Below are positions 58,720-64,000 of a stretch of DNA of 64,000 nt, piece by piece; position 1 is the stretch's first letter, and each line of letters starts with the position of its first letter. The stretch is from Eledone cirrhosa (lineage: Eukaryota). The DNA lies in assembly GCA_964016885.1 (NCBI GenBank), contig OZ024761.1:27466001-27530000 (forward strand), written 5' to 3'. Below the pieces are notes generated by a model. That model was not told the origin of the DNA and did no database searches. It was given only the letters and a program-made list of their open reading frames with translations. Position numbers and translations under genes: made by a program.

Positions 58720-59624
58720 CTGCAAAATAATTCTTTGATGCTTGTTATAAAATAGTCAGAAGAATAAAAAGAGAAAATAAAAGCGGCTACATATTAAAAA
58801 ATATATAAATTTGATAATTTTTGGCCTAAAGGAAAATTAGAAATCGTACCGTCACGATTTGTTGCTGAATATGAAAAATACGTTAGTAGATTTTGGTACT
58901 GTAAAGGTCAAATGTCGCGGGGCTGACATTTCCAAATATATATAGATAGTTCCATAGTTGATTATATATCTAAGTCTACCAGGTTGAAAGAAAACGGAAA
59001 GTTTTGAATTAGTTTTTTTTTTATAGGAAAAAATAGTAAACATATGTTCATATATGTATACATACCACAACGGTCGCCATTTTATGTATATGTATACATA
59101 TAAACATACATACATACATATATACATACATACATAAATATATACACTTAGTCTTTGACTCTTTTTCTTGTTCCGACCCATGGGCTATAGGCATCGACTA
59201 TGGCCATACTGGGGCCTCACCATTAATATGTGTATTGTATATGACTCCTACCCGTTTGTAGGAGTTAAAGATCTTTACGTCGATGAAAACACTGGTAATG
59301 TAGAAATAAGTCAAGATAAGAATGTGAATAATACACGCACACATTCATATGTATTTGCACGTATATGTATACATACGTATACACAAGTCTCTCTCTCTCT
59401 ATATATTCATGTGTGTGTATAAAATAGTGTAGTACACGAAGCATATACGCATATATATATGCATGAATATATATATATATTCATGTATATATATATATAT
59501 ATATGTATGATTGTATGTGTATATATATATATATATATATAATGGTATGTGTGTATATATATATAATTATATATTTATATTAACAAAAATAATTATGGGA
59601 ACATTTCTTTTTTCTCGTTCTTAG

Positions 59625-59674
59625 ATAATTATCCGAGGACATATACAAGATTATCAGCTTCGTGACATCTGTAT
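59625..59674 (+). CDS. Candidate short exon IIIRGHIQDYQLRDIC (gene unidentified)
   Basis: Acceptor TTTCTTTTTTCTCGTTCTTAG|. Donors GTATGT (59671) or GTAAGT (59675). Confidence 0.35.
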
Positions 59675-59891
59675 GTAAGTACTCACTTTTTATTGACTAG
59701 TTTTACTTACTAGTTTTAATTGACGGCGATTCTGGGGCACTGCATGCTATTATTTTTTCTTCGTCGATTGTGTTGACTCAACTATCTGAAAATTGTTTCA
59801 TGTTTTCATGTTTTCCTATTTTTTCCCTTTTAAAATATTTTTCACTTGTTGATAATGAATTTGCCATGATAAGACGTGATATGTGTTTGTC

Positions 59892-59955
<64 letters not shown>

Positions 59956-60594
59956 GAAACCATTTCTATATTAAATATATATATAACTCTTTAAAATGTA
60001 CGCACACACTTACATACACAGAATGCATTTCTTTTTGCAATCATGTTTCTACAATATAAAGTTTGCTTTCCCAAGATCTAGGCTTCTTATCCTATCTGTA
60101 TATAGATAGGATATATATTACTCCAAATATTACTCATACTTTTAATCTACTATGTCATTTGTACATACGATATGCTGCATATTTGTGTAATTTCAATTTT
60201 ATATTTGTTTGACAAGATTCTTGAGGAGAAATCATGTGTTGAAACATAGTATTATATTTTGGGGTAGAAGAGAATCATGTTGCAAATACTAATACACGCG
60301 TATTTTCCCATGCAATATGACCCACCAACATTGTAACAAAATTCATATAGTTAAATCTTAGAAAACCATGCTTAAATTTTATCGCTTCAACATGATGGAT
60401 GTTTTTGTCACGACGAGAGTAATAGAGAACGAATGCTTGTAGTCTCTTTGTTTGACATTTCTTTAAGCCATACTTATGGAGAACTCTGTGGCATTTAGAA
60501 TTGTTTGGTAGAGAGTCGTTCCCGTTACCACACCTGAATAGTGGAGTTTCAAACCTCCATTCAATTAATTGTTAATGCCACTTCTGTTCTAGAC

Positions 60595-60633
<39 letters not shown>

Positions 60634-60737
60634 TATATGAATATATATATACATACACACGTATATGTATACATACATGTATATATATATATATATACAC
60701 ATACACACGTATATGTATACATGTATGTATATATATA

Positions 60738-60768
<31 letters not shown>

Positions 60769-60790
60769 ACACACGTATGTGTGTACACAC

Positions 60791-60821
<31 letters not shown>

Positions 60822-61054
60822 CACACGTATATGTATACATATATATATATACAATGTTATGAAACGAAAGGAGTTGTGTCGTTACTAAAAACATAGGTTT
60901 AGGATGGTGGTTAGGACGGAACAGGAGGGGAAAGGAAGAAAGGAGTTTCCATCGTCAGCTGTAAATGTTTCCCGGGCCGATGTTTCGGCGCTGAATTACT
61001 GGACATCGGTGTAGTTCGGGTGCGCCCGAGGCCTTTTATTAATCCAAAGGCAGA

Positions 61055-64000
<2,946 letters not shown>

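Noticed and set aside
60885-61052. GC-richer island with CTGACGA-TG-GAAAC and hairpins
   Set aside because: No stem II or valid cleavage triplet geometry. Probably an unclassified repeat end.

Overview
Eukaryotic (animal) genomic DNA dominated by (TA)n/(CA)n and triplet microsatellites. The repeat landscape and SINE families look cephalopod/octopus-like, which is inference. Almost all ORFs in the supplied track are microsatellite read-throughs. Supported content: (1) an internally deleted mariner, several MITEs, a 5'-truncated Tx1/L1-clade LINE and tRNA-derived SINEs; (2) three 3' fragments of a CRE-like (RLE) retrotransposon, two with tandemly reiterated 3' ends; (3) Penelope-like remnants with seven type I hammerhead-ribozyme motifs between 47.4 and 57.4 kb (five canonical, one variant, one decayed); (4) several families of fold-back palindromic elements that appear to be built from hammerhead 3' halves and sit in (TA)n; (5) a ~12.1-kb array of ~270 x 45-bp units, open in three frames, bounded on + by phase-matched splice-like sites and lying just behind a candidate minus-strand terminal exon; (6) a few isolated candidate exons I cannot name; (7) a 200-N gap. 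All calls are by eye, with no alignments, folding or database searches run.
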